Assembly: GCA_964057225.1 (NCBI GenBank)
Contig: OZ059895.1
Location: 15,004,001 to 15,068,000 of the forward strand
Direction of reading: 5' to 3'
From: Auanema rhodensis
Taxonomy: Eukaryota; Animalia; Nematoda
DNA length: 64,000 nucleotides
Shown here: positions 31,620 through 46,335 of the stretch, piece after piece
Layout of the letters: every line of letters begins with the position of its first letter
Position numbering within the stretch: the first letter of the stretch is position 1
The notes under the pieces: model-generated
What the model was told of the DNA's origin: nothing
Seen by the model: the letters and a program-made list of their open reading frames with translations, nothing else
Databases searched by the model: none
Translations under genes and position numbers: made by a program

Positions 31620-34600
31620 GTCAGTTATACTTAGCTATATACATATAGTTAAAAAAGAATAATTAAAAATGAACTCACACCGCCACCTCTTCGATTGGTT
31701 ATCGCTATGTGGACAAACAGTGTAGCGTTGTCCAATGGATCACCTTCGTTATTCAGCAGATGTATATGACGATAACCTATAATCAATTTCATTTTATAAA
31801 TCAAAAATCTATTTCGTATTTGTCAAAAATGGAAAAAAAATGATGAAAAACGACGATTTTTTTTTACTTCCAAAAAGAATAAAAACAGCTGACGTCACAG
31901 GGGGCAGCCTAAGTTCTTAGATGCTGCTGCTTCTGCTGCTTACGTCTTCAAGTCAAAGCTCGAAGAAATGATAGGTTTTACTTCTAAACTCTTGAAGTTT
32001 GAAGTTTGAAATATGGGAGAAGCATAAATGAGCAAAAATCAGAAAAAAAAGGAAACAATGATATTGGATGAAACATGTAGAATTCCCCCAAAACTTTTGA
32101 ATTCATTTCAAGAAATGAACTAGTTAGAGCATTACGATATATAGTAATGATAGGCAAAAGGCTAGCAGACTTAAAACTTAAGTTTTCAGATTTATCAAAT
32201 GATGATACCAAAAGAATTGAAAAGATTGTTTTGGAAAATAAAATAAAAACAAAAAAAAAAGGATTTGAGAGCAAAGGAGGGGGGGGGGGAGAGAGGGAGG
32301 GGATAGATCTCTATCTGAGCTTGAATGTTAAAAAGACATATTATTCATCATATTCCGTGAGTCAAAACATGATCAGAAAGCAGGAGAAGCCAAAAAGGAA
32401 GGAGATCAAGTGATGGTTGAATATGAAACAAGATTGCGAAATACATACTATGTATGTATGCCATATGTTGTAATAAACTATATGCTCTCTGATTTATATA
32501 TCTATCTAAACAATATGAATTTGAATTATATTTCAAAGTTTTCAAGTTATAAAATAAAAGATAAAAGAAATTTTTTGAGTTAAAATGAAGAATCAGCAGA
32601 CAGACAGATAGACAACCGCCAAATGGACGGAAGGACAACGGCTAGCCTTTGAGAAGTGTGTGAGCCAGCTTGAAAATGGTCCCTTAGCGATCGTTTAGAA
32701 TACGAGTAGTTCATGGAGCTGCACAATGTGTAACCCCGAGGATGAGCCACCAACCTCATATGTCTCAAATAAAATAGAAAGTGAGAGTGAGAAGAGAATC
32801 TGGTGAAGAGGAAGCAAAAGCTGGGTCGAAGGCTCTGGGAAAAGAGAGAGAGAAATAGAAAGGGAAAAAGAGAGAGAGGGAGAGAGAAATTAAAAAAATA
32901 AAGAGAGTGGGTAAAGTTTAAACTGACTGGGTAACACCAAAAAAAAGAAATGAGGAAGAAGAATAAGGAAACGTCACTTCAACTCATTTTGCGGATGTGG
33001 AATTTAGAAAAATGGCCAAGTTGCAACTTACCAGGCTGTAAGCATTCAAATGGTATTGTATATTGTCCTATAAAATCATCTCCAATGAAGTCATCATCAA
33101 GAACTAAAAAGCGGATGAGAGCTAATTCAGGAATAGATACTTGAAATTGGAATGATTCATCAAAGCATGGATTATGACCTAAATGAACTAATGTTGTCAA
33201 GTTGAAACTTTAATTAAACGAACTATCATTTCTGATTGTTTTCGTTCTCTCTTCCGCACAATCTCCGGGAAGGCCAAATACTTCAACAACAACAAACGGA
33301 TCAGCAGAATCACCCTATAATCATGAATACTCTGTCTAAAACAGCTGCAACTTGAGAAAAACAGCCTACCTTAGCATTTGAGCCACGCGGTCGAGGTAGT
33401 TGTTGGCCAGATAGTATTCGTAGATGAAGAATCTGATTAAGAAAATGATGTAAGTGTTAGGCTTTAAGAGATGTAATACATACCTGAGGCGCAATCGGTA
33501 TCTTCTCGCCGGGTACGAACAATGAATCTTTCATGATTTCCGGTTTCAGAACATAGCCACATGCACCATTTTCAGAGAATCGTCCTTCCTATAAGATAAA
33601 ATACAGAATAATCGATTAATAATATTTGTTATAGTTAAGAAGAAGTATAGTTAAAATCAAATTTGATCAAACCAATACCTGAAGATCCATCATTAAGCCG
33701 GGTGTTTGATAATTCAATGAGACCAGCTGTACTCCATGATTCCAAAATTCTTGTGGATTCAAATTTGAAGAATCTTTCCTATTCATATTAGGAGTAACTC
33801 TGAATCAATATATATTTCAATAAAACTTAATTGAAAATTATCATACCGAATAGTATAATCACGAGCTGTTTGAGCAAATTCATTAGTATAATTATGCATA
33901 AATCTTAAGCAAGTGGATTCTGACACTTGAGGAATGTGTTGTTTGGAACTCACTAGAATAGATAGAATAACATAAATTCATCATATAACATCACAAGCTT
34001 ACTTGTTGCTGAGTTAGGTGCTGTAGATAGGAGATCGTTTAGTTGTTTCACGTGGAAGAAAGCAGGCACCAAATCAGAAAGTTCCTTTACCATAGCAATT
34101 CTAAAGCAATTCTCTTATAATAAAATATTTGCATAGTTAAGATATTTTTCATGTATTATGCTTTAGAGGAAAAATGGAATCAGAGGGGTGGTTATCTACA
34201 CAAGTATTCGGAGCCCAGTGACCCCAGATAATCATCATATTCCTAGCAGGACTCGATCCCTCGAACCTGCCAGTCGAGTGGAACACGTTTGCACTACACT
34301 ACTCATTACGTGTGAGACTGTCAGTTAATGAAGACCTTGTCCTTATGACAGCAGAAATGTCTCATTTCAACTTTTTCATTCACATTGTGTTCATTACATA
34401 AAAAATATTTTTAATAAACATCAGCTTACTTCTTATTCTTTCGTCGGCCAGTTATACTTGTAACAACAAGCTCCTCGTCCTCAGAGATTTCATCATATTC
34501 AACATCGGAAGGTATTTTAGGAGCCTACAAGCAATCCATTCATATGTATCTGTTATCTATATATCTAACCATAACTAATATTTTATTTTGGAAATCCCAT

Positions 34601-37600
34601 GGACATGCAAGATTAGCTGGATCATTCCAATCAGTTGGATCGGATGCTGGCACATACAGCTTATTGCCCAGATGACTGGTTAGAAGAGAAGCTGTAACTT
34701 TTTGCCAATCAGGTGAGCAATGATTTGAAATATAGATAATGAGTGGATATCTAAAATATACATTAGATAACTATATGGATATGTATATATCTACCTTGTA
34801 CGTTCAAATGCTGAATCACGAATAGCACAAAGACATTGTGAGAGAGGTGTTCGGAATTTCGTATGTGGACCATTGTGAACCATAGGTTCGGTTTCTTTTT
34901 GCTTTTCCACAGGATCATAGATATCAACTGAAGAACACAACAGGCTTCGTATTATATCTCGTATAAGTAGATGATTTCACTTACTCTCTATCAGACGACA
35001 ATTACGTTTCAAAGCTGAGCTAAAGCCATCAGGTGTAGCTGGACCAAATTGATCTTCTACCACATACGTTTTATGAGATGCAGCAATGAAATAACGATTA
35101 AATGGCTATAATAATAGTTAAATATAGAAACTTAATTATAACAATGTGAAACATACTTGTTTCATATCCATCCATACTTTCGAATGAGTTGGATCAAAGA
35201 TAACACAATCATGAGACATCAGATATGCTGTGAAACCTGTAACATCATCGTATCGGCTTATTAAATGGATTTTTCGGCTTCTACTTACCATCTACAGTCA
35301 TAAAATTGTTTTCTTTAGCTTCTGGAGCTGGTTCATATTGCTCGATGATATTTTCACAAAAATCTGTTGTAACGCCAACCATCTATAATATTATTATAAA
35401 ATATATACAATTTGAATTATATAACATATAGTTATAGAGTTATAATTATAATTAGTATAGTAAACATACTCCTTGTTCTGTTTCTAAGAATAAACGTAAA
35501 TCCTGACACGACAGATAATCTTTATTAGCATATCGTACCATGAGAAAGTAAACTTCGGGTCTTGTAGCTATTTCCTGAAAAGTAACATTAAACTGATTAA
35601 GCTATAACGACATTCTGTTTCAAGCTGTAAGTTGCAAGCTGCAAGCTTTAAGTTGTGCGAGCTAAGCTGTATTACCTTGTATATCTCAATAAACTCATTA
35701 CGATAGATTTTGCCTCTCTCCGTTTCATCTTCAGCACATGCCCCTTCTTTGACTTTGTTACGAACACGATGTATAGCTATTCTGGGATTAATTTGACGAA
35801 TTATCTTACAAGCAGCCGTTTCATTGATGTAGCCATTCGTGGCTGTATCAGCTTCATCAAACACTGACTCAAGCCATCTGCAAAATGAAATCATAACAAT
35901 AGCTCTTGACGTCATGCGAAGAACAACAAACCGTTCTCTGAGAGTTGCCCACGATGAGCTTGATGGTTTGCAATCGTCTGAAAATTGAAAAACAAACAAA
36001 CAATTTTTTTTGAAACGTCAAGTAAACATACATTTGCTTGAAGTTAATGCCATCAGCCCCGTAACCCAGATGTTGGCATCTTCTGCACTAGCAGCCACCA
36101 AGTCCAACGTTTCATATTCATCACCATAGATTATAGAAAAAATGCATTCTTCCTGCAGTAAGCAACGATCATACAAAACAAGCCCTCAGGGAAGAACAGA
36201 CAGAAATAAAAATAGGGGGAGAGAAGCAGAAAGGGAGTGATTTGGTATAGGTATAGAAGCTTTATAATATTACCTGTAAATCAGCTAACATGTTTTCAGA
36301 AGATCTCAGTATTTCAGTATTTTTGCCCAAACGAATTTCGCGAATGTCTTCAATAGCAACTGCAATAGTTATGTTTATAAACATATAGTTAAAGCAGAAT
36401 ATGCAGCATACTTCGAGCCTTATGAGGCTTTTTACTTGTTGGTGACCATCGAATATGAGATAAATCAGCATCCAGACTGAAATTTCATTGAAAAATTAAT
36501 AAAATAAATAAAAAAATATATATATATGTATGTGTAACAACCGATCAATAATATATATTTTACAACAAAAAAAAACAATTAAAAAGCTGTCAATCGCATT
36601 AACGTGAAGATGCGTGAACGACGTGTGAGACTCACGTGATGCTCACGTAAAACGCTTAAAGTGCAACAATGTCAAAATCTTATATAAATATTAAATATTG
36701 ATTAAACTATATCATATATTATATATTATAATTATACATGTTGAAATAATATTATGAAATTACCTGAATAGTCTTCGAAACTGTCGACTAGTACCTCGTA
36801 ACTTTACGAATTCACTTCCTGTTTGCATAACATGCCAACAATCATTGACTGAAATATTTTATTTTAATATTTCTTTTATAATTATTATAAATATTATAAA
36901 TATAATATAATTAATATTATAATACCATTTGAGATTCGTTTATCTTCGTTACGAGATGAAAAGGATACGGTCTTACGACCTGGCGACCGATTACGGCCTC
37001 CGTGCTTGATAAGTGAGGAACGCAGGGCTTTTCTAAAATAAAATGAGATAATAGCTTAACTTAGATTAACTATATGAATTAATATATAAAATTATATTTA
37101 GATAAAGGAAGAAGACGATGTATGGTATGGTTGTTGAGATGAAAGCGAGTTCGACTGTTGCGATTAATGCTCGATTTTTGAATATTTTTCAGTTTCAAGA
37201 CTTTCAGAATAGTCTAATTAGGTATGAGAATCTGTATTTTTCGATTGAAAACGAATGGTATCTTTAAGAGAAAAAACATCATAAATCATCACATATTTAG
37301 ATATATGTATGTATATACATATAACTATATATATAATAGTTAAATATAGGAATAAATATTGATGTATGTTTCAACTAATATATATATATATAATATATAG
37401 ATGTAACGTCTTGTCAAGTCTGCTTGTTTCAAATTACAGAATAAACTTAATACCTCCTCCAGTCCATTTCTAGTAAGTGGGATGAATTAATCCAAAGTAC
37501 AAAATATGAATGTTTCAACTTGCTCACTATACAGAAGTTTTAGAATAATCTTGTAGGAATTGTTGTAAATGAAATAACAGGAAGCGCGAACAGCGGTTGG

Positions 37601-38609
37601 TTGGCAGATTGTGTATGCTTGAGAGCCAGGATGAGAATCAACAATTATGTAAACGTAAGCTGACTTATGGAAGACGATGATGAAGGAGGAGAAGAACAGT
37701 CAGTAGCAGCTGAAGAAGCAACAGCTCAAGTTAGAACTGCTAGCTGTGAAGCAAACAGATGAGGAGATGGTTAGTTGGACAGCAAGGACAACTGCTGCAT
37801 ACAACTAGACCGGCTAGCAGGCGGCTACGATCGAGACGCTTACAACGAGCTTCCGGGATCTGAGTTTGATGCCAAAAATTGCAATTAGAGCCAGCTTTGA
37901 CAGCATTAGGCTATGCTCCGATTCTCTGCAACTACCAAAAAAGCTTAAAATCTATGTCATCATCGTCGTTTTCTGCCCTTTTTTGCGTGCTTTTCCAACG
38001 AATTTGTTCCGAGAGTGATTGAGTTAGAGAGGGAGCATCTATCTGTTCGTTTCATGCAACAGGGTCATATTCTCTCTCTCTCCCTCTCTCTCTCTCTCTC
38101 TATTCTCTTGTTCATATTCTCATCTTGATGTTCTTCCATTTTCTATGTTTGGTTGAAACTTTTAAAGCCACAGAGAAAAGGATAAATGATGAGAAACAAC
38201 AACTAGAAATCTGGTTAGGACATATCAAGTTTTATATTATGTACCATAAAAACTAAATTATATACATATAGTTAGTTAAACTATATATACATAATATAAT
38301 AAAATAATCTTCTTTGGTAGTATAACAGTAATTTTTCTTTTTTTCTTTTCTTTTCAAAATCATTATTCTATTAAATTAAAATTGTTTTTGTTATTAATAA
38401 TCAATAAAAATGAAATAAAATATAGTTAAATCTGAACGTATATGATTGATTTAATGCTTTAACAAGTAAAGTTTGAAAAAATAAGTTTGAAAGTTGTACT
38501 TAAAGGTCATAATATCTACTACTACTACTCCTGATTTAACTATATATCTATATAACTAATTTTAGTCCAAGAATAACATATCTAATTGATAGAGAGAGAG
38601 TGAGAGAGA

Positions 38610-38668
<59 letters not shown>

Positions 38669-39580
38669 ATTATAGGAATTGAAGCTGAATCTTCCAAAAA
38701 AAGAAAAGAAAGTAAGAAGAAGAAGAAGAAGAAGAGATATCTATGGATAACTTCTATATCCAATAATAAGTTTCAATTACATAATCTAGAAAACCAGGCA
38801 TTTGTGGCTTCTGGCTTACACCTACCTACCTCACTCCCCCCCCCCCCCTATCACTCTCATTCCATGCCTTTCTTCTAAATAAGCTTATATGTTGAGATGA
38901 GACATGAAACTTTTGGAAGAGCTGATTGACTTTTAAGAATTCTTTTCATCTTTCAATAGTAACAGCATGGAAAAGAACAATAAATGAATCAAGATTGAAG
39001 TAGATTTAACTTCAAATACTGTCAATGATTGGCGAGCAAAGCATCAGAGAAAGAGTTGATGAATGCAATTGTGATAAGAGTAATTCAGATGAAAAGGTGC
39101 TGACGAAGACGAATTCAACTCATCTTCTATGAAAAATAAAAAAAAATTTTTTTTGTTTGGGAAATGACAACCTATGAAGCTTTTTAGATTCTCATATCCA
39201 GCTGAGCCAAATGACAATTGGAATGGACAAAATGATGCAAATAATGAGAAAAAGGACATTATCCTAAAGCGTTATATGGATGGACCGGGAGGCATGAAAA
39301 CTGCGATTAGACGTTTTGCTGGTCAAAGAGACAACAATAACGAATGGCCAAATGAAAAGAAAAGGACATCAAATGAACAAGCTGGTCATGATGATGATGA
39401 TGCTGATGAGTTGGGAACCTTGAACATCAAATGAAAACTTGAGAGAGAACGTTCGCAGCTAATTGTCGTCAAGGTGTACGTATCCTTGTATATACAAATA
39501 GTTAAAATATATATGAAAACATCAATAAATGTCAAGAAACATATGATAAAGGATGTGATCAAGATATGGTAAGAAGAGAA

Positions 39581-39624
<44 letters not shown>

Positions 39625-41106
39625 GAAAGAGAGAGAGGGAAAGAGAGAGAGGTAAAACACTAAAAAGAGAGAGAGAGAGAGAGAGTTAGGTTAAAGACGA
39701 AGAGGCTTGTTATCTTGGAAACAGGATTTGGTGTTGCAAGATATGATATATATCTGTATATAAGCTCTTCTCCATAAGTATTAATACAATCAATTGAAAT
39801 AATAATTAACCGAAAGCTTTTTTTTTCATTTCTATCCCTCATATCTGTCGATTGCTCCTCTCATTTATTCTTATATATTTAATCAAGAAATAATATAAAT
39901 GAGAAAACGATAGTATTTGAGAGGAGGAAGATTGAGAAGGGTTCGTCTGTGTGTGTGTGTGTGTGTGTGTGGTATGGGGTGGGGTGGGGGGAGTGTAGTT
40001 TGGAGAGAAGGACAAAGAGAGTAAAAGAGAGAGAAAGAGAGAGAGAGAGAGATTCTCTCTAAAAATTTTCATTAACTTTTTCATATAAATAACTTTAATT
40101 TAATGAGAGTAATGAAGCTGCTAACATTATGAAAAAAAAACATCTCTGAATATGCTCTAGCTAAATATCATAAATATCTTCATTAAAACTCTCGTTTTTC
40201 AATTTTTTCATTAAGAATTCTGAATTGTTGAACTTGAACACATGAAGTATAAGGTATCTTTAGTATGTCAATGACAATCATTCTCATTATTTTTGTTATA
40301 AAATAGAAGACAAGAGACATACATACACACACACAAGAGAGATGACTTCACACGCCTATCAAATGAAATTACCGTGGATGGGAAGAAGACGAAGAAGAAA
40401 AAAAAAAGTTCAAAAGAGATTCGAAGTTCAAAGATGTTGTTTTGTTGCGAACAACATTGTAAACACATAATGCTTTTCCTAATGCTGTTATATAAATTAA
40501 AGAAAGAAAAAGAAAAAGAAAAACTTAACTATATGAAACTAATGTTTATGAGCTTAACTAGAGACTGAAATAATAAAAAACAAATCAGTAACTTCTTTTT
40601 GGCAGAAAGAAAGAACGAAAGAAAACGAAGAAAAACAGCTGAGCAGAATTGAGAAAAGAGAGAAAGACGTAAAGCAACATGTAGTCTAGAGAGGGAGAGA
40701 GAGAGAGAGACACACACACACGTGTATGTATATTGAGAATATTCAGATTATAACATATAAGACTTATATATTAACGTATAGTTAGTTATATAAACTATTT
40801 GATCCCTTTTTGACTTAAAATGGAAAGAAACAACACATAGCTAGCTAGCTAACAGACGTTTATTCCATCTGCTACTTTTCAAACAAATCTACACACCCCC
40901 CATACATACATACATCGTAATATCAATTTTTGTAGAATATACTATATAGTTATAGTTAAAAACTTTATAATATTCTTAACTATATGATATAATTAGCTGA
41001 GTAATAAAGTTAAAAGAAAAATGATGTACCTGTTGGCAAATGGGACATGTAGATTTCTGGGTGATAAATCCTCGGAATCCCATGCTGAGGTATCACTTTC
41101 AACCAT
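27632..41106 (-). CDS. pll-1: Phospholipase C-like protein (PLCL/PRIP family; PH, EF-hand, X-Y and C2 domains plus helical tail), probably catalytically inactive; more than 20 exons
   Basis: First coding exon 41106-41030 ([14 protein letters not shown], in-frame stop upstream), then [23 protein letters not shown]; PH domain ([19 protein letters not shown]); X box ([19 protein letters not shown]); Y box ([30 protein letters not shown]); C2 domain ([44 protein letters not shown]); last exon VFDTGG...PLKDSVL*. Confidence 0.95.
34165..34320 (-). mobile_element. tRNA-derived SINE-like remnant in a pll-1 intron
   Basis: GC-richer insert. The minus strand has A-box-like TAGTGTAGTG, then GCAGGTTCGA-gggatcga-GTCCTGC (T-arm/B-box), then a unique tail. 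It does not form a full cloverleaf. Confidence 0.5.
37454..37467 (-). CDS. pll-1: Candidate alternative first coding mini-exon of pll-1 (MDWRR)
   Basis: ttactag-aa-ATG GAC TGG AGG AG|gtatt. The phase-2 donor matches the phase-2 acceptor of the KALRSSLIK exon at about 37032. Confidence 0.4.
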
Positions 41107-42606
41107 TTGAAATGGTTTGTATTGCTATATGCTATGTTGATTTTGCTTTTCTCTGGAAAAAAACAACAGAAAAATTATAAATTAAAATAACGATTGTATA
41201 AGCGGTTGACAAAGAGAGAGAGAGAGAGGGGGGGGGGGCGAACAATTGAGAAGAGAAGAGATGACGACAAACGAGGGAGAAGGGGGGGGGGATGGATCAA
41301 GCCAAAAGGAATGTTAGAAAGTATTAAAAAGAATTCAAGTTATAAACAAAATTAGATTATGCAAACATGAAGAAAACCGAAAAAAAAAGAAGAAAATGAG
41401 AATTACAGAATCTGGTCATAGAGTCCTCTTGGGAGAGACAAAAAAAAAAAAAAACTTTCCAATGTAAATTTGTGTTGTTGTTAAAAGAAAAATTGAACAA
41501 TAAGAGGCAAAAATAACAAAACTAACACTTAGGAAATAGTGGACATAAGCATTTATAAAGAAAAAGAAAGGAAAATGTGGTGGCAATTGAGTGAAAGAGC
41601 ATGATGAATTGAGGAAGAAACACATGCTTGTTGCTGAATGTACAAGTTCAACGGCGGAGCCGGATGTAACAAGCGTTCCGGATATCCGTAATTATCAGAC
41701 AAAAATAAGATATTGGAGGCAATACATAAAGGCATTTGAATTGAATTATGGAGAGAAGGAGGGAGAAAGAGAAAGAGAGAGAGAGAGAGAGTAGAAAAAA
41801 AGGTTTTTCGAATACAAAAAAAAACAGAAAAGGTGAGTCCGTGAGCGATGAAGCTTGACCTTATACACACACCACATGCATGCACACACAGAAGCTTATT
41901 CAAGTTGAAGTGAAAGGAGAAGAGAGGTTAGGGAAAATTTTGAGAAAAGAAAAAGATAAATGGAGAACAATTTCCTATTTGTTCGAAGAACATCAAAAAT
42001 AATACGGCACAAGTTATCGAAGGCAGAGAAGGAAGGAAGAAAAAGATTAAAATCAAGAAAAAACATGAAAAAGGGATTGACCATTGTGAAAATAGATGTT
42101 TGAGCTTAACAGTAGAAATGAATGACAGACGAGAACGACTTAAGATCTCATGTAATAGACGCTGTGATGCCGGAACGACAATTTTTTTCGTAAAATAAAA
42201 AGTTCCGCCTGTTTCAAATTCTACTATTTTCAACCATTCTTTTCATTTATTTTATTAAAAAATATATATATTTTAAATAATAAAATAAGTAAAATATATT
42301 GTATATATAAATAAAAAGAAAATAAACAAACAAAAAAACCTCCCAAGGTAATAATCATCTATCAACACAAAAATCATAAGAATCGAAACTTATTAAAGTT
42401 ATTTGTGAAGAAGAAAAACATTGAAATATCTATCTATCTATATATGAGAATATATAAGAATAATCTGGATAATTAATTGAAAGAATCAAGAAATACATGT
42501 CGTGTGACTGTCTCAAATCATAAATGTGACGAGTTCACGTCAAAGTTCACGCAATTTAATTAATTTTAGCGTTCAGGTGTAATTGATAATTTTGAAAAAC
42601 AGAGAA

Positions 42607-42659
<53 letters not shown>

Positions 42660-43712
42660 GATTTGAACTAATTATAAAGAGAATATACATATTTAACTAT
42701 ATAATATAATAATTATTTCAAATAATATAAATAAAAATAAATAATAATTAAAAAATATTAAATTATATGAATTATGAATTGTAAATTATAAGTTTATTCA
42801 TTCATTTTAACATTATAATCATCATCTACATTATTCGTTTGTATATATTGATGATTGATCAGCAGAATCATCATTCTTACTATGAAAGTGAAAGCTTACG
42901 CCAACGAAATCATGGACGACAGCCTCACATACCTCATGTACGAATATGGACGACGACGACGTCGACGATGACGACGAAGAAGAAGAAGAAGAAGAAAAGA
43001 GAGAGAAAAATGATTTTGGTAACAAAAAAAAGAGGTTATGGCTCAATGGACATGTATTCTATCTATCTTTACTATTAAAATTATTAAAATTAAGTGTTAA
43101 TCCGCTTTAAATTATGCTATGTATGACGTATGGAGAAGGTTGCAACTATGTTCTGAGTCGACAATTTTCAGATTGATCGTCCTCGTTTGATATTATCATC
43201 AGTTGGTGTCCGTGTCTCATGTATTTGAAAATTATAAGTAATCGTAGAGAGAGAGAGGAGGGGAGGGAGGGAGGGAGAGACAAAGAAAGAGAGATAGAGA
43301 GTAATGGTAGTATAGTGATGATAAATACAGAGAGGGAGAGAAGAATAGAGAGAGAGAGAGAGTATGAGAAGGGGATTCCTAATTTTTTTGAGATCAAGTT
43401 TACAGTAATAAAGAATATACCAAGTTGATTGGCAAAATGGCCAATGAAGAAATTACCAGAGATGCTGATGATGAAGAAGAGAATGTGAAGATGACGATGA
43501 TGATGATGAAGTGGAAATGATAGAAAATGCAATGAAAACTGGAGAAATGTGTGCAGTGGTGAAACGTGACCAAGTGTGAAGCATGGCTTCCGATTCCTAT
43601 CGCTAAGCTGAGGCCATTTATGAGCAAATCATAAAACATACGGGGTGAGCTTAATGAAGACACAAAAGGAAATCCTTAATATATTTCCAAATAGTTGTCT
43701 ACACAGCGAAGT

Positions 43713-43767
<55 letters not shown>

Positions 43768-44888
43768 AATTCTAGAACATGGGATATTCCAAATGTATAT
43801 GACAACAGCGTTACCATATAAATATATTATACAATGTATAAGTAAACTCAACCCAACATACTCCCATACTCCAACTTATTTCAAATAGGTTGAGAAGAAG
43901 CATCTCTACTTCATCTTCACACTCGTTCACATATTATTATATTTCTTCTATTTGATATATTCATTAGACCTTTACATTGCATTATTTTCTTGTCAAGACC
44001 AAAAAAAAAGAAAAAGTTTATTGCTGTTTATCAGACTGTTTCTTTTATATTTTAACTTTCCTTTCTATTTTTGTCTTTTTACGTCATCATGTCGATCTAA
44101 CTTCTTATATCTACTTTCTCTCTCCCTCTCTCTTTTCCACTCTCTCTCCAACTCTCTCTCACTCTCTCTCTCTCTAAAAAGAAAGGAATCTCAGAAGAAA
44201 ATGTTGAGAATGTGACGACAATGACAAGAAGACGCCATCATCATCCGGAAGGCATTCTATCAGCTTGACGAATAAGTTGTGGAAATGGAAAAGAAGTTTG
44301 AAAAGGAATTGAAAGAGCATGAGAGCGAAAAGCCAGATTTGATTAGGATTTTCGACATTTTACTCGACTCATTGACAGAGCAAGAGGAAAGATGGGTAAG
44401 ATCTGGAGAAATAGAGCTGAAATGACAAGACGCGACGCCATATGAGTAGATTCAGCGTAGGAGAGGGAGAAGAAAGATGAGTTAGAGAGAAAGTAGAGAG
44501 GTTGATAATGTTCTCTGAGTTGTGAACAAGATATTTTTAAAATTATTTACGTTACAAGACGATCGTCGTCAGATGGACAGCTGACAGAAAAAAGTACGTT
44601 GTAGCATTAAGAGGGACAGATTCAGATCTATAGAGGGAAATGCAAAGAGATAAAGCCAAGTATGTTGAAACGGAAGGAAGAAGGATGGAAAAAAGGCCAG
44701 AACATTGGCGAATTTGATATTTCAAATACAAAATGCACAGAAAAAAAAAAGAAGGAAAAAATAAAAAAACACTGAGAATAAATTAAAATCAATGAGATTC
44801 AACCATTCAATTTAGTGGATGTGATTATTAGTCAGACAGAGCGACAAGTAAGAAAGAAAAAGAGAGTAATAGAGGGAGGGATAGCTTA

Positions 44889-44926
<38 letters not shown>

Positions 44927-45234
44927 GTTGAGAGAGAGCAAAAATTGACGACACCAGGATAGAAAAATAATAAATAATATTAATATATAGACTATAGTTT
45001 ATGCTATACTATGCAATTTATGCCACACATATACATATTGGAAGAAAAAAATGTCTAGGAGTTGTAGGAGGAATAACTGATGCCATCGCAGTTGCTGGGG
45101 TACAGAGAAGCTCTCTCTTTCTTTCTTTCCCTCTTGGATCAAGGTGGAGGAGGTGGTTTTGATAACAATATGCAAAAATTTATAATAGAAAAGGATGAAT
45201 GAAAAAAGCGATGAAAAGGCTAAGAAGATGGGGT

Positions 45235-45287
<53 letters not shown>

Positions 45288-46288
45288 GAGAATATAGGAC
45301 CATCAAGCATATAAGTAAGATGAATACATACGAAAAGTTTACCGAAAATTACAAAGAGGTAGCATTCGAAGACACAGAGATAGATAGAGGGGGGGGGGAG
45401 AGAGAGTCTAGTGGATTAGAAGACATTCAAATTTCAAAATAAGATAATTCTATTGAATGTAATGAGAGAATAACGAAAAGAAGGTGAAAACTAAAGAGAA
45501 GAAAAGAAAAAATGAAAGAAAGCAGTATAGCTCTAGCTCTTCATGCTTTTCAAAACACAACATTCAAACTTATTCTGAAGGAAAAGAAAATCTCTAAATG
45601 TGTCTGTGTATGTGTATACTAGACAGAGAGATTGAGATAGAGGAAAAGGTGTGAAACAGACATATTGTTTGAAAAGTGAGAAAAAGTTTTGAAGGAAAAA
45701 GAAGTTTTGAGTATCGTAATCAAGAAGAGAAAATTTGATATTCTGAAGTACAAGAGAAATACAAAGGATGGAAGTAAATGCGTTATTCCGACCAGGATAT
45801 GATCATCTGATTGAGAAACTAACGCTCACAAGGATATACGGAGTAAAGTTGATATATTAAGAGAGAATTAAGGATATAAAGAGGGAGATAGAGAGGGAGA
45901 GAGAAATAGAGAGAGAGAGAAGGGTAGAGGGGAAGGACGGAGGAAGAAGGAGAGACATAGGGTAAGGATTATAAACGTACATGCATCGTGACTGTGATTC
46001 AAACTGAAAACAAACAAGATTCGAAAAAAAGAATAAAGAAAACAGACTAAAAGTGGATAAAGATGATGAAATTCAGGAAAAGTTAGAATAAAATTTGAAA
46101 CAACATAAGGTTAGAGATAGGACAATAAAATCTGAAATTTTCATGAATACGTACATCTGGTTATTGAAAATTTCAATTTCAGCCGACTAGATGGTATGAA
46201 AATAAATATTTTCATGTTGATTGTGGCTTAGAGGGTGGTTAGTTGCTGGAATGGAGAACGCAGCAAGGACCTCTACAGCCATAACTCT

Positions 46289-46335
<47 letters not shown>

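Noticed and set aside
36926-37032. Apparent frameshift between RSSLIK and KTVSF in pll-1
   Set aside because: Re-reading gives AAG CAC GGA GGC CGT, so the frame is intact.
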